From: Candidatus Buchananbacteria bacterium
GTDB lineage: Bacteria; Patescibacteriota; Patescibacteriia; Buchananbacterales; UBA6539
NCBI GenBank assembly: GCA_041664165.1
Contig: JBAYLH010000003.1
Coordinates: forward strand, 3,247 to 67,246
DNA: 64,000 nt
Direction of reading: 5' to 3'
Shown piece by piece: positions 49,011 to 57,783 of this stretch. The notes beneath the pieces were generated by a model, which worked only from the letters and a program-made list of their open reading frames with translations, made no database searches and was not told where the DNA came from. The position numbers and the translations under genes were made by a program. Each line of letters opens with the position of its first letter. Position 1 is the first letter of the stretch.

Positions 49011-50498
49011 CTAAATCGTTTCCACTTTAACCAAATTGGTCTGGCCCAAAAAGCCAAAAGGATGGCCCGCGGCGATAACCACAATATCGCCTTTGCTAAC
49101 CAGCCGCTTGCTGATTAACAAATTCTTAATTTTAGCCATTAAGTCATTAAACGAGGAAACAAAAGGCAGATAATAGGAATTGACGCCCCAGCTTAAGCAA
49201 AGCTGATTTTTGGTTTTTTCCGAAGCCGCCAGCGCGACTACGGTGATATTGGGTCGGTATTTGGCAATTGACCGGGCGGTGAAACCGGAAGTCGTGGCGC
49301 AGACAATCAATTTGGCGCCAGTCTCGGCGGCAATTTTTTCCACCGCAAAGCTGACCGTTTCGGTAATTCCGCCGATTTTTTTTAAGCTATTTTCAATTTG
49401 CTGATGCTCTTCAATTTCGGTTTTTTCCACTTCATTGGCGATCCGCGTCATCACTTGCACCGCCTTGAGCGGGTACTTGCCGGTGGCGGTTTCCCCTGAA
49501 AGCATGATCGCGTCCGTGCCGTCTAAAATCGCGTTAGCCACGTCGGAAACTTCCGCCCGGGTTGGCACCGGATAGCGGATCATTGAATCAAGCATTTGCG
49601 TCGCAACAATGACCGGTTTGGCTTCCTGAACGCAGCGCCGGACAATTTTTTTCTGAATTAATGGCAAATCCTCCAGCGGAATTTCCAAACCCAAATCGCC
49701 GCGCGCTACCATAATGCCGTCGGCCACTTTCAAAATTTCTTCAAAATGAGCCACCGCTTCCGCCCGCTCGATTTTGGCAATGACTTTGGTCTGAGTTATC
49801 GGCACGCTCCCGCCGCGGTTGGGCTTTTTGAAATCTTTGTCTTTGCGGCCGAGCCTTGATTCAAGCCGGTGAATATTTTTTTTCAATTCGATAATATCCG
49901 ATTCATCTTTGACAAAAGACAGGGCAATAAAATCAACTCCTTGTTTTAAGCCGAACCTCAAGTCTTCCATGTCTTTTTGAGTTACCGGTTTGGCTTTAAT
50001 TTCCGACTTCGGAAAATTCATTCCTTTGTGGGCATAAATAATATCGCCAATTTTAACTTTGCAGCGAATCGCTTTATTTTTTATCGCAACTACCTCCAAT
50101 TCAATTTTGGCATCATCAATTAAAACCGGATTGCCGGGTTTTAAATCACGGTACAAACCGGGGTATTGAATCGGAATGAAAGCTGAAACATCTTTGAGGG
50201 AAATCCGAAAATTTTCCGGCACCAAATAGATAAACTCGCCGGCTTCGACTTTAATGCCTTCGGCGGCAATGTTGCCGGTGCGAATCCGCGGCCCCTGCAA
50301 ATCCTGCAAAATAGCGACCGGCTGGCCGGTTTTAGCCGCTACCTTTCTGAGATTATTAATCAGCAAGGTATGGTGTTTGTAAGTGCCATGGGAAAAATTA
50401 AGCCGGGCAACATTAAGCCCGGATTTAACCATCAGTTCGATTTTACTTTTGGTCTCCGAGGCCGGACCGATCGTGCAGACGATTTTGGTTCTTTTCAT
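49011..50498 (-). CDS. pyk: Pyruvate kinase
   Basis: RTKIVCTIGP, RLNFSHG, MVARGDLG, ATQMLDSM, PTRAEVSD. Confidence 0.97.
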   Translation of the reverse strand: MKRTKIVCTIGPASETKSKIELMVKSGLNVARLNFSHGTYKHHTLLINNLRKVAAKTGQPVAILQDLQGPRIRTGNIAAEGIKVEAGEFIYLVPENFRISLKDVSAFIPIQYPGLYRDLKPGNPVLIDDAKIELEVVAIKNKAIRCKVKIGDIIYAHKGMNFPKSEIKAKPVTQKDMEDLRFGLKQGVDFIALSFVKDESDIIELKKNIHRLESRLGRKDKDFKKPNRGGSVPITQTKVIAKIERAEAVAHFEEILKVADGIMVARGDLGLEIPLEDLPLIQKKIVRRCVQEAKPVIVATQMLDSMIRYPVPTRAEVSDVANAILDGTDAIMLSGETATGKYPLKAVQVMTRIANEVEKTEIEEHQQIENSLKKIGGITETVSFAVEKIAAETGAKLIVCATTSGFTARSIAKYRPNITVVALAASEKTKNQLCLSWGVNSYYLPFVSSFNDLMAKIKNLLISKRLVSKGDIVVIAAGHPFGFLGQTNLVKVETI

Positions 50499-50506
50499 AG
50501 TAAATT

Positions 50507-50598
50507 AAGTCAAGATAAACCCAGATAAAGTCAAGATAAAGTCAAGATAGGAAGTTCTTATCTGGACTTTATCTGGGCTTACTCACTTTATCTTGGCT
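50507..50598. repeat. Inverted array of 10-11-bp units (AAGTCAAGATA x4 facing complementary units)
   Basis: Direct reading of the repeats. Confidence 0.75.
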
Positions 50599-50599
50599 G

Positions 50600-50923
50600 T
50601 TATAATTTTAGCGTTTTAATAATCCAATCGCCAAAAGACTTCGCCCAAACGCCGACAACCGGCAACTCCCACTTTTCTCCCTGCAAGGCTTTGATGATAC
50701 CAACGATCGCGGCGACACCGACTAAGACATTTAAAAACCAGCCTAAGACCGGAATAAAGCAAAAGACGACGGAGATCACAAAGAGCAAAGCGCCCTGGCT
50801 GGCGTGAAACTTAACAAATTCATTGTCTTTGCGCGCGGCTAAAGCGACTAAGCTTAAAATCCAAAGGTAGCCAACGGCCGCCCAGATCTTTTTTTCCTGC
50901 GGGTTAATTTTTGTTTCCGTCAT
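50600..50923 (-). CDS. DUF4870-like membrane protein
   Basis: AAVGYL...FVKFHASQG...GIIKALQGE...LPVVG. Confidence 0.85.
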   Translation of the reverse strand: MTETKINPQEKKIWAAVGYLWILSLVALAARKDNEFVKFHASQGALLFVISVVFCFIPVLGWFLNVLVGVAAIVGIIKALQGEKWELPVVGVWAKSFGDWIIKTLKL

Positions 50924-51047
50924 AAGTTTGGTGTTAGTTATTAGGGATTAGGTTTTAGGTGTTAGTAATTTAGGTTTATTATACCACAAAAACCAATTGA
51001 CAGCCAACAAAAAAAGAAGCTCTTTCAACTTCTAGTTTACTCAAGCT

Positions 51048-51482
51048 TCAAACAGCCTCCAAACCGATGCGGCCCATTCGGCCGACTTCGGCGACTCTAA
51101 CCACCATGAGATCACCAACGGTAAAGGGTGTCTTCGGGTAACGGGAATAATGCAAAAGGCCTTCATGACCATGAACAGTCAAGGCCAGAAAAGTACCAAA
51201 GTTCAGATCCCTGGCAACCAAGCCAAGAAAAATCTCACCTTCTCCGACCGTTTTACCAAAGTTATTCTCTAGCCATTTGGCCAGCCGTTGGCCGTATGCT
51301 TCATCCGCGGAATAAACCCGAAACGCCCCATGAGACTGGATAATGATGATTGCCTCAAGCGGACAACAGATGATCGTTCTTGGCTTTCCCTTCAGGAACT
51401 TCTGTACTTGTTCTGCTTCCAATTGGCCATCAGTTTTTATTGGCCGCCACGGTTTCTTTTCCCTTTGGTTTGGTCTTGTCAT
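51048..51482 (-). CDS. Orphan protein resembling the KH-S1 C-terminus of PNPase
   Basis: GEIFLG.V....FG.F......EGLLHYS......VGD...VRV.EV...GRI.L; AGGAGG SD. Confidence 0.7.
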   Translation of the reverse strand: MTRPNQREKKPWRPIKTDGQLEAEQVQKFLKGKPRTIICCPLEAIIIIQSHGAFRVYSADEAYGQRLAKWLENNFGKTVGEGEIFLGLVARDLNFGTFLALTVHGHEGLLHYSRYPKTPFTVGDLMVVRVAEVGRMGRIGLEAV

Positions 51483-51623
51483 TACTTTGCCTCCTAGTTA
51501 AACAGCAACTTTACCAAAACATATCAATCTAATCAAAATTTAACAACAAAGTCAAGCCTAAACTGAATGCTAAAACAAAGCCGAGGCGTGAAAGCCTCGG
51601 CGATGATTTTAAAAACAATTTAC

Positions 51624-52394
51624 TTATGATGATACCTTTTTCGACTGATCCCAGATTACGACAAACTGGCTTTTCATCATTTCAGCTAGCTCTGAACTTT
51701 CCACTAAAAATCCAAAGTTTTCTCGACTGGAAGAAATAAATCTGACCGTATTGCCATAAATTGAATAACCTAAAGTAAAATCAATACCCACGGGTGCAAT
51801 CCGCACTTCTCTTTTTAAATTTTGGCTGGCTAGTAAAAATGGATATTTTTTTAAATCCGGGATTTGGGCTTTGGGCCAAATTACTTTTAAGCTAATATTT
51901 TGCTCCAGTCGTTTTTGATGAAATTCTTTGATAAAATCTGACCCTAAAAGTCCCAGCATTTTTTTAATCGGCCAATACGCGAAGACGGTAATATCGCGAT
52001 AAAGCAGCATATCTTTCATCATTTGCCGCAGTTCTCTTTGGCCGTCAAAAAGCTGAAGTTTTGGCCGGAAAAAATTATCCTGGTTTTGTTGCATTTTTTT
52101 TAAACTTTCCAATTCTTCATTGGCGGCTAAAATCTCCTTTCGCTTTTCTTCAACCAAAAGTTGGATTTTCTCAACTGACGATGCAACAAAAAACTTGGCA
52201 CCTCCTTTTAAAGTTTCGCTCACTAAACCAACTTCAATCAGATGCTTAAGTAAATCATAAACCGAAGTCCGGCTGATACTGGCTTGTTTGGCTAATTGGC
52301 TGGCGCTCATCGGACCACTGGCAAAAAGCTGGCTGAACAGATTAGCCTCAATTGGCCTTAGATTAAACAAAGCTAAAAGTTTATTGGGTTTCAT
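51624..52394 (-). CDS. TrmB-family transcriptional regulator
   Basis: N-terminal wHTH LAKQASISRTSVYDLL..L...GLV; CPR-type C-terminal domain; ATG 52394 likely start. Confidence 0.88.
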   Translation of the reverse strand: MKPNKLLALFNLRPIEANLFSQLFASGPMSASQLAKQASISRTSVYDLLKHLIEVGLVSETLKGGAKFFVASSVEKIQLLVEEKRKEILAANEELESLKKMQQNQDNFFRPKLQLFDGQRELRQMMKDMLLYRDITVFAYWPIKKMLGLLGSDFIKEFHQKRLEQNISLKVIWPKAQIPDLKKYPFLLASQNLKREVRIAPVGIDFTLGYSIYGNTVRFISSSRENFGFLVESSELAEMMKSQFVVIWDQSKKVSS

Positions 52395-52521
52395 AGAATT
52401 TCCTAAGTGTCGTCGGATTTTCACGACATAGTTTACAATACTCCCCTTTTGATGCAAAGTCAAGAAAGAAAGAAGGAAGGAGGGCAAGATGCTCCTTACA
52501 ACCGATAAGGGAGGTAATGTA

Positions 52522-53082
52522 ATGTCAAAACTCAATCAAAAAAGTTGGGGTGTCAAGTTTGAATATGATATGAAAAGCCTAGGAGATTACACTCATTGCG
52601 CATATGAGTCCTGCGGTTATCATCAAAAAACTGGATTTATTAGTTGTATCGTAGGCTACTATAAAGACTCTAACTTATTGGTAGTCAGGTGTCCGGCCTG
52701 CTCGCGGCACTCTACGGTACACGGGTTAGAAGGGGCTTTCCATCTCCTTGAGTCAAATGCTGGCACCAGACAATTTGAGAAAGAAGCGGCCTTGAGATGG
52801 CTAAGATACCCTGAGACCTACGAAGCAATGCGTCAGTGCATCGAAGAAATACTCAAGGAATATGAAAACCTGCTTAGGCCTTACTTAGAAAGGCTCAAGT
52901 CTAAGTTGGGTCATATCCCAGAAGTTAACTTTGACTCTTCCTGGAATTTGGGCGATGAACGACTTGATTGTATGTCCACGGCCAATAACCTTGAAATGTT
53001 ACAAGGCATTTTGGAGATCTCTGACTCAGAGGCAGAAGAGATAAGAAGAAAGGTAACGAAAGAGCTAATGACAAAAGCCTGA
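52522..53082 (+). CDS. Orphan protein with zinc-ribbon-like Cys motifs
   Basis: GGGAGGT SD; CAYESC...RCPAC; terminator at 53088-53119. Confidence 0.7.
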   Translation: MSKLNQKSWGVKFEYDMKSLGDYTHCAYESCGYHQKTGFISCIVGYYKDSNLLVVRCPACSRHSTVHGLEGAFHLLESNAGTRQFEKEAALRWLRYPETYEAMRQCIEEILKEYENLLRPYLERLKSKLGHIPEVNFDSSWNLGDERLDCMSTANNLEMLQGILEISDSEAEEIRRKVTKELMTKA

Positions 53083-53202
53083 CTCGAAGCCGAAATAATA
53101 ACCCTCGGCTTCTTTTTTTATTACTATTACCGAAAGCCGAGGCAACTTGCCTCGGCTTCAATATTCGTAGATTCGGATTTATTAGTAAATTCGCATCGCG
53201 CT

Positions 53203-54858
53203 TTACATCATGCCCATGCCGCCCATACCCGGATTCATCCCGCCGTGGTCATGGCCTTCTTTTTCCGGCAAATCAGTGACCAAAGCTTCCATGGTAATCA
53301 AGGTCGTGGCAATTGAAGAAGCGTTCTCCAAGGCCGTTCTGGTAACTTTCATCGGATCGACAATCCCCGCCTCCAACATATCAACTTTTTTCATCGTGTT
53401 GAAGTCATAACCGGAATTGGCGTCATTAATTTCTTTAATTTCATTTAAAATCAAGGAAATATCTTTCAAGCCGGCGTTAGCCGCGATTTGGCGTAATGGC
53501 GCCGTTAAGGCCTGCTGGATAATTTTCGCGCCGACTTTTTCGTCATCGGTTAATTCAACTTTATATTCTTTGAGTAAATCATTCAAAGCATTGGCGACTT
53601 TGACTAAGGCCGCGCCGCCTCCCGGGACAATTCCTTCGGCCACGGCGGCCTTGGTCGCGTTGAGTGCGTCTTCAATTTTGAATTTCTTTTCTTTCATTTC
53701 CGTTTCCGTCGCCGCGCCGACTTTGATGACGCCGACCCCGCCGGAAAGTTTCGCCAGTCTTTCCACTAATTTTTCTTTATCAAATTCCGAATCGGATTTG
53801 GCAATTTCATTTTTGATTTGAGCCACCCGCGCTTCAATCTTTTTCTTGTCGCCTTTGCCGTCAATAATCGTCGTGTATTCTTTGGTCGCAACCACTTTTC
53901 TGGCCTGGCCTAGCTGTTCAATTTCCGTTTTTTCCAGTTTTAAACCTAAATCTTCGGAAATTACCGTACCGCCGGTCAAAGCCGCGATATCATTTAGCAT
54001 TTCTTTGCGGCGGTCGCCAAAGCCCGGAGCTTTAACGCCCAAGACATTAAAAGTACCGCGGAGTTTATTAACCACAAAAGTGGCTAAAGCTTCGCCTTCA
54101 ATTTCATCGCCGATAATTACCAGCTCTTTTTTGCCGCTTTGGGCGATTTTTTCCAAAAGCGGTAAAATATCGCGAACAGCGGAAATTTTTTGGTCGGTAA
54201 TTAAAATGTAAGGTTCTTCAAAATCCGCTTCCATCCGTTCGGGATTGGTAACCATGTAGGCGGAAACAAAACCTTTGTCAAACCGCATGCCCTGAACCAC
54301 TTCTTTTTGCAAGCCGAAAGTCGGGCTTTCTTCAACTGTTACCACGCCGTCTTTGCCGACTTCGGTCATAATGTCGGCAATCATCTGGCCGACTTCCGGG
54401 TCTAGCGAAGAAATCGTCGCGACTTGGGCGACTTCTTTTTGATCCTTAATTGGCCGGGTAATTTTTTTCAAGCCTTCAATAACGACTTTGACGGTTTTTT
54501 GAATTCCGGTTTTCAAAGCTACCGGATCGGTACCGGCCGCCACGTTTTTCAAGCCCTCTTCAATAATCGCCTGGGCCAAAACCGTCGCGGTCGTAGTGCC
54601 GTCGCCGGCAACGTCATTGGTTTTTTCCGCCACTTCCTTGATCAAAGAAGCGCCGATATTTTCAAATTTGTCTTCCAATTCGATTTCTTTGGCAATCGTC
54701 ACGCCGTCGTTAGTAATTATCGGCGAACCAAAGCCTTTGTCCAAAACCACGTTTCGGCCTTTCGGGCCCAAACTGACTTTAACGGCATCGGCGACCTGGT
54801 CGATCCCCTTTTTGACCGCCGCACGAGCCTTTTCATTAAAAAGTAATTGTTTTGCCAT
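53203..54858 (-). CDS. groL: Chaperonin GroEL
   Basis: [28 protein letters not shown] tail. Confidence 0.98.
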   Translation of the reverse strand: MAKQLLFNEKARAAVKKGIDQVADAVKVSLGPKGRNVVLDKGFGSPIITNDGVTIAKEIELEDKFENIGASLIKEVAEKTNDVAGDGTTTATVLAQAIIEEGLKNVAAGTDPVALKTGIQKTVKVVIEGLKKITRPIKDQKEVAQVATISSLDPEVGQMIADIMTEVGKDGVVTVEESPTFGLQKEVVQGMRFDKGFVSAYMVTNPERMEADFEEPYILITDQKISAVRDILPLLEKIAQSGKKELVIIGDEIEGEALATFVVNKLRGTFNVLGVKAPGFGDRRKEMLNDIAALTGGTVISEDLGLKLEKTEIEQLGQARKVVATKEYTTIIDGKGDKKKIEARVAQIKNEIAKSDSEFDKEKLVERLAKLSGGVGVIKVGAATETEMKEKKFKIEDALNATKAAVAEGIVPGGGAALVKVANALNDLLKEYKVELTDDEKVGAKIIQQALTAPLRQIAANAGLKDISLILNEIKEINDANSGYDFNTMKKVDMLEAGIVDPMKVTRTALENASSIATTLITMEALVTDLPEKEGHDHGGMNPGMGGMGMM

Positions 54859-54971
54859 ATAATTTTGATTATTTATTAATTTAAGTTGTGTGTTTGATTC
54901 TAATCTACAAATTATGGATGCGAATCTGCGAATATTTGTAGATTCGGATGTATTCGTAGATTAGTATTGCG

Positions 54972-55247
54972 CTATTCAATGACGGCTAAAACGTCTTCGT
55001 CGCTTAAAATTTTGTATTCCTGGTCATCGACTTTGACTTCTTCCCCGGCATATTTGCCGAAAATTACTTTGTCGCCGGTTTTTAAACCCAGCTTAGTGAT
55101 TTTTTCGCCGTCGCCGATGGCCAAAACTTTGCCTTCCGCTTTTTTTTCTTTATCAATGGTGTCCGGCAAGATAATGCCGGATTTAGTGGTTTCTTCTTCG
55201 CTTAAAGCTTCAACCACGATTCTGTTGCCCAAGGGTTTTAGTTTCAT
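54972..55247 (-). CDS. groS: Co-chaperonin GroES
   Basis: LKPLGNRIVV, TKSGIILPD, KYAGEEVK. Confidence 0.97.
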   Translation of the reverse strand: MKLKPLGNRIVVEALSEEETTKSGIILPDTIDKEKKAEGKVLAIGDGEKITKLGLKTGDKVIFGKYAGEEVKVDDQEYKILSDEDVLAVIE

Positions 55248-55340
55248 ACTTTTTATCTCCTTATTTTTATCCGCGCAGGCGACCCTTTATGGATCACCGA
55301 ACCCCAAAAAGTCCAGCTACGCGAAATGTTTATTAATTAA

Positions 55341-55395
55341 CCCCCACACCTATTTTTTTATATATTCTACACCGTCTAAAAAATAGGTGTGGGGG
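55341..55395. mobile_element. MITE-like element (55 bp, TIR CCCCCACACCTATTTTT) flanked by TTAA
   Basis: Perfect TIRs; TTAA at 55337-55340 and 55396-55399. Confidence 0.75.
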
Positions 55396-55400
55396 TTAAA

Positions 55401-55427
55401 CTAGCACTCCATAATTCAGAGTGCTAA
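55401..55427 (-). promoter_or_regulatory. CIRCE element (HrcA operator)
   Basis: TTAGCACTC-N9-GAGTGCTAG upstream of groES. Confidence 0.95.
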
Positions 55428-55436
55428 TGATACTTT

Positions 55437-55465
55437 ATCTTAGAAAATTTTACCCCGCCTGTCAA
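55437..55465 (-). promoter_or_regulatory. groESL sigma70 promoter TTGACA-17-TAAGAT
   Basis: Consensus spacing immediately upstream of CIRCE. Confidence 0.8.
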
Positions 55466-55604
55466 CCCTTGACAAAATAGACAATTTATGCCAAACTTAC
55501 ACGAATGCTCTTACCTACCCTCATTATTTGGTTAACCCTAATTGGCAAATAAACCATAGTTGCTAGCTAGGGATAACCAAGAATTAACGGGAGGACTAGG
55601 CACG

Positions 55605-55691
55605 ATGAAAAGAATTATAGTAGCATTGGTACTAATCATACTGGCGGCTATTGCTGGCTGGTTGGCTGCTGGCAGAGTCGACCTAACGTAG
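55605..55691 (+). CDS. Unannotated 28-aa hydrophobic peptide MKRIIVALVLIILAAIAGWLAAGRVDLT
   Basis: TTGACA (55469-55474)-17-TGcCAAACT promoter, GGGAGG SD, terminator at about 55726-55776. Confidence 0.6.
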   Translation: MKRIIVALVLIILAAIAGWLAAGRVDLT

Positions 55692-55789
55692 ATCCTCGCA
55701 GCAATAGCCTGCTCACACAACTTAAACCGCCAATCTGAAACCAAACGGTGTAAGATTGGCGGCTTTTTCTTTTTTGGCAAAACTTAAAT

Positions 55790-57166
55790 TTATTTTCTCT
55801 CTAACTGCTTTAAATTCAGCCCTAGAATTATCCAAAAAATCATTACCCCAGTCCAAAGCGTCCAAAAATAATGGTCAACCAGGCTGATAAATAAAACCAA
55901 GAATAAACAAAGCAAAACAATAATTATCCTCAGCGGCCGGCGCGAGTCGCCCGCCTCGCCGAGTCTGGCCGGGCGGCTCGCGCCGGCGTGTTTAACCAGC
56001 TGATAAACAAGCAAAACTAACATCAAACCAAAAACCAAAGCCCCGAAAATCCCCAGCTCGGCTAAGACCAAAAAATAAATATTATGAACCGGCTGATAAT
56101 AATAGCCCGGCCAGCCGGCGTTAATTTTTTCAAACACGCCCAAGGTGTAGTTGCCAATCCCTGTCCCCTGCCAAGGGTTAGCCGAAATCAGCTGCCAGGC
56201 TTGCTGGGTAAAAGCGACTCGCAGATAAATTGAAGCCACTTCCAAATCCTGTTCGCCGGAAATCCGAGTAATTAGCGGCGCCCAAAAAATAGTACCCAAA
56301 ACCGCAAAAATTATAAAAATCAGCAGGGAAATTTTTAGAAATATTTTTTTTAAAACCAAATCCCGTTTTTGATAAATTACCAGACCTAAAGCTATTAAAC
56401 TAAAAATCAAAGCCAGCCAGGCCGAACGGGAAAAAGAAAAAAATAATGCCGGGGCAATGCAAACCAAACCGGCCAAGACAAAAAATCGCTGGCGGCTTTT
56501 TTGGGCGATAAAAGCCAAATAAAATAAAAATAATAAGCCAATGGCTAAAAACCCGCCTAAAATATTAGGGTGAGGAAAGCTGCCATAAGCCCGCAGCCAC
56601 CGCTCGCTATCGGTTTGTAAAATTATCGAACCGCCGACATTCGGCAGGTGTTCGGCTAAGCCAAGCCATTTGTTGGGAAAAACATATTGGCTGAAAAATT
56701 GCCAAATTCCAAAAACTCCCTGAATTGCGGCTGAAGCGACCCAGCTTTTGGCGATTTTTTCTAGTTTAAAATCAAAAACTGAAATTAACGAAAATAAAGT
56801 TACACCCTCAATCAAAGTAAACCAGCGCCAATAAGCCAGCTGGCTGTTAAGCGACCAAACTACCGAAAGGCCGGCTAATAATAAAAATAAAATCACCAGC
56901 CAATAAATTAAAACCGGCGGCTTTTTTAACCGATTTAAAATCTGACGAAAATTTATTCGCTTCAAATGGCGGCCAGCAAAAACCCAAAAACCATAAAACC
57001 ATAAAACTAGCCACAAAAACAGCTCCGTACCGTAAAGGCTTGCTCGCCCGTATTCCCAGACAAAGCCGTTTAAATAAGCCTCCTGCCAAATCAGTCTGGT
57101 CTGCCAGGGCAAAAGAAAAATAAAAAGGTAAAAACCGAATTCAATTAATTTTTCTATTTTGGTCAT
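55790..57166 (-). CDS. O-antigen ligase (Wzy_C) family protein with in-frame palindromic insertion
   Basis: RAYGSFPHPNILGG, SFSRSAW, GTGIGN, PVHNIY...ELG. Confidence 0.9.
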   Translation of the reverse strand: MTKIEKLIEFGFYLFIFLLPWQTRLIWQEAYLNGFVWEYGRASLYGTELFLWLVLWFYGFWVFAGRHLKRINFRQILNRLKKPPVLIYWLVILFLLLAGLSVVWSLNSQLAYWRWFTLIEGVTLFSLISVFDFKLEKIAKSWVASAAIQGVFGIWQFFSQYVFPNKWLGLAEHLPNVGGSIILQTDSERWLRAYGSFPHPNILGGFLAIGLLFLFYLAFIAQKSRQRFFVLAGLVCIAPALFFSFSRSAWLALIFSLIALGLVIYQKRDLVLKKIFLKISLLIFIIFAVLGTIFWAPLITRISGEQDLEVASIYLRVAFTQQAWQLISANPWQGTGIGNYTLGVFEKINAGWPGYYYQPVHNIYFLVLAELGIFGALVFGLMLVLLVYQLVKHAGASRPARLGEAGDSRRPLRIIIVLLCLFLVLFISLVDHYFWTLWTGVMIFWIILGLNLKQLERK

Positions 57167-57779
57167 TGATTTTTTGAATAAATTTTGGCCGCTGACGATA
57201 AAGATAAATAACTACCGTCGCCAAGATGGCGCCAATGGTATTATAAAATAAATCAAAGGCATTGTTATAGTAATCACCGACTTGCTGGGCGGCGTTTAAA
57301 TACAAAGCGGCAAAAAGTTCGCAAAGTTCAATAATGGTTCCTAGCCCCATCGCCATCAGCACTAGAACAAAAGCAAAAATAAAATACTTTTTTTTAACTC
57401 GGTCGTCAATGTAATTACTCAACAAACTATAAAGAGCCAAAGTCGCGATAAAACTGCCGTAAGTATGGATAAAATTATCATAATGCCAGGGCAAGCCAGA
57501 AATCAGGGCAAAATCATATAGCCGATGATCATTGACCCGCAAATTACCGCCCAAAAGATGGAAAAACCCCAGCAAAGACAGATTAAAAAGGATAAAAAAA
57601 TCCAAATCCAAACGCTTGTTGATAATGATAATAATGACAATCAAAATCAGAATCAAAAAAGTATAATATAAAAATTCATAGTTAACACTTGACAGGGCGT
57701 TGATGGAAAAAGCGACCGTATAAGCCAGCGTAAAAAACAAGGCCAGATAATTCCGGTTTTTGACTAAAAAATTCAGCAT
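57141..57779 (-). CDS. DUF2238-like membrane protein
   Basis: HLLGG, YDNFIH, ELCE, N..DL..N..GA. Confidence 0.7.
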   Translation of the reverse strand: MLNFLVKNRNYLALFFTLAYTVAFSINALSSVNYEFLYYTFLILILIVIIIIINKRLDLDFFILFNLSLLGFFHLLGGNLRVNDHRLYDFALISGLPWHYDNFIHTYGSFIATLALYSLLSNYIDDRVKKKYFIFAFVLVLMAMGLGTIIELCELFAALYLNAAQQVGDYYNNAFDLFYNTIGAILATVVIYLYRQRPKFIQKINDQNRKIN

Positions 57780-57783
57780 AAAT

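Noticed and set aside
55538-55780. 80-aa minus-strand ORF
   Set aside because: Shadow of the plus-strand peptide unit and its terminator; no expression signals seen.
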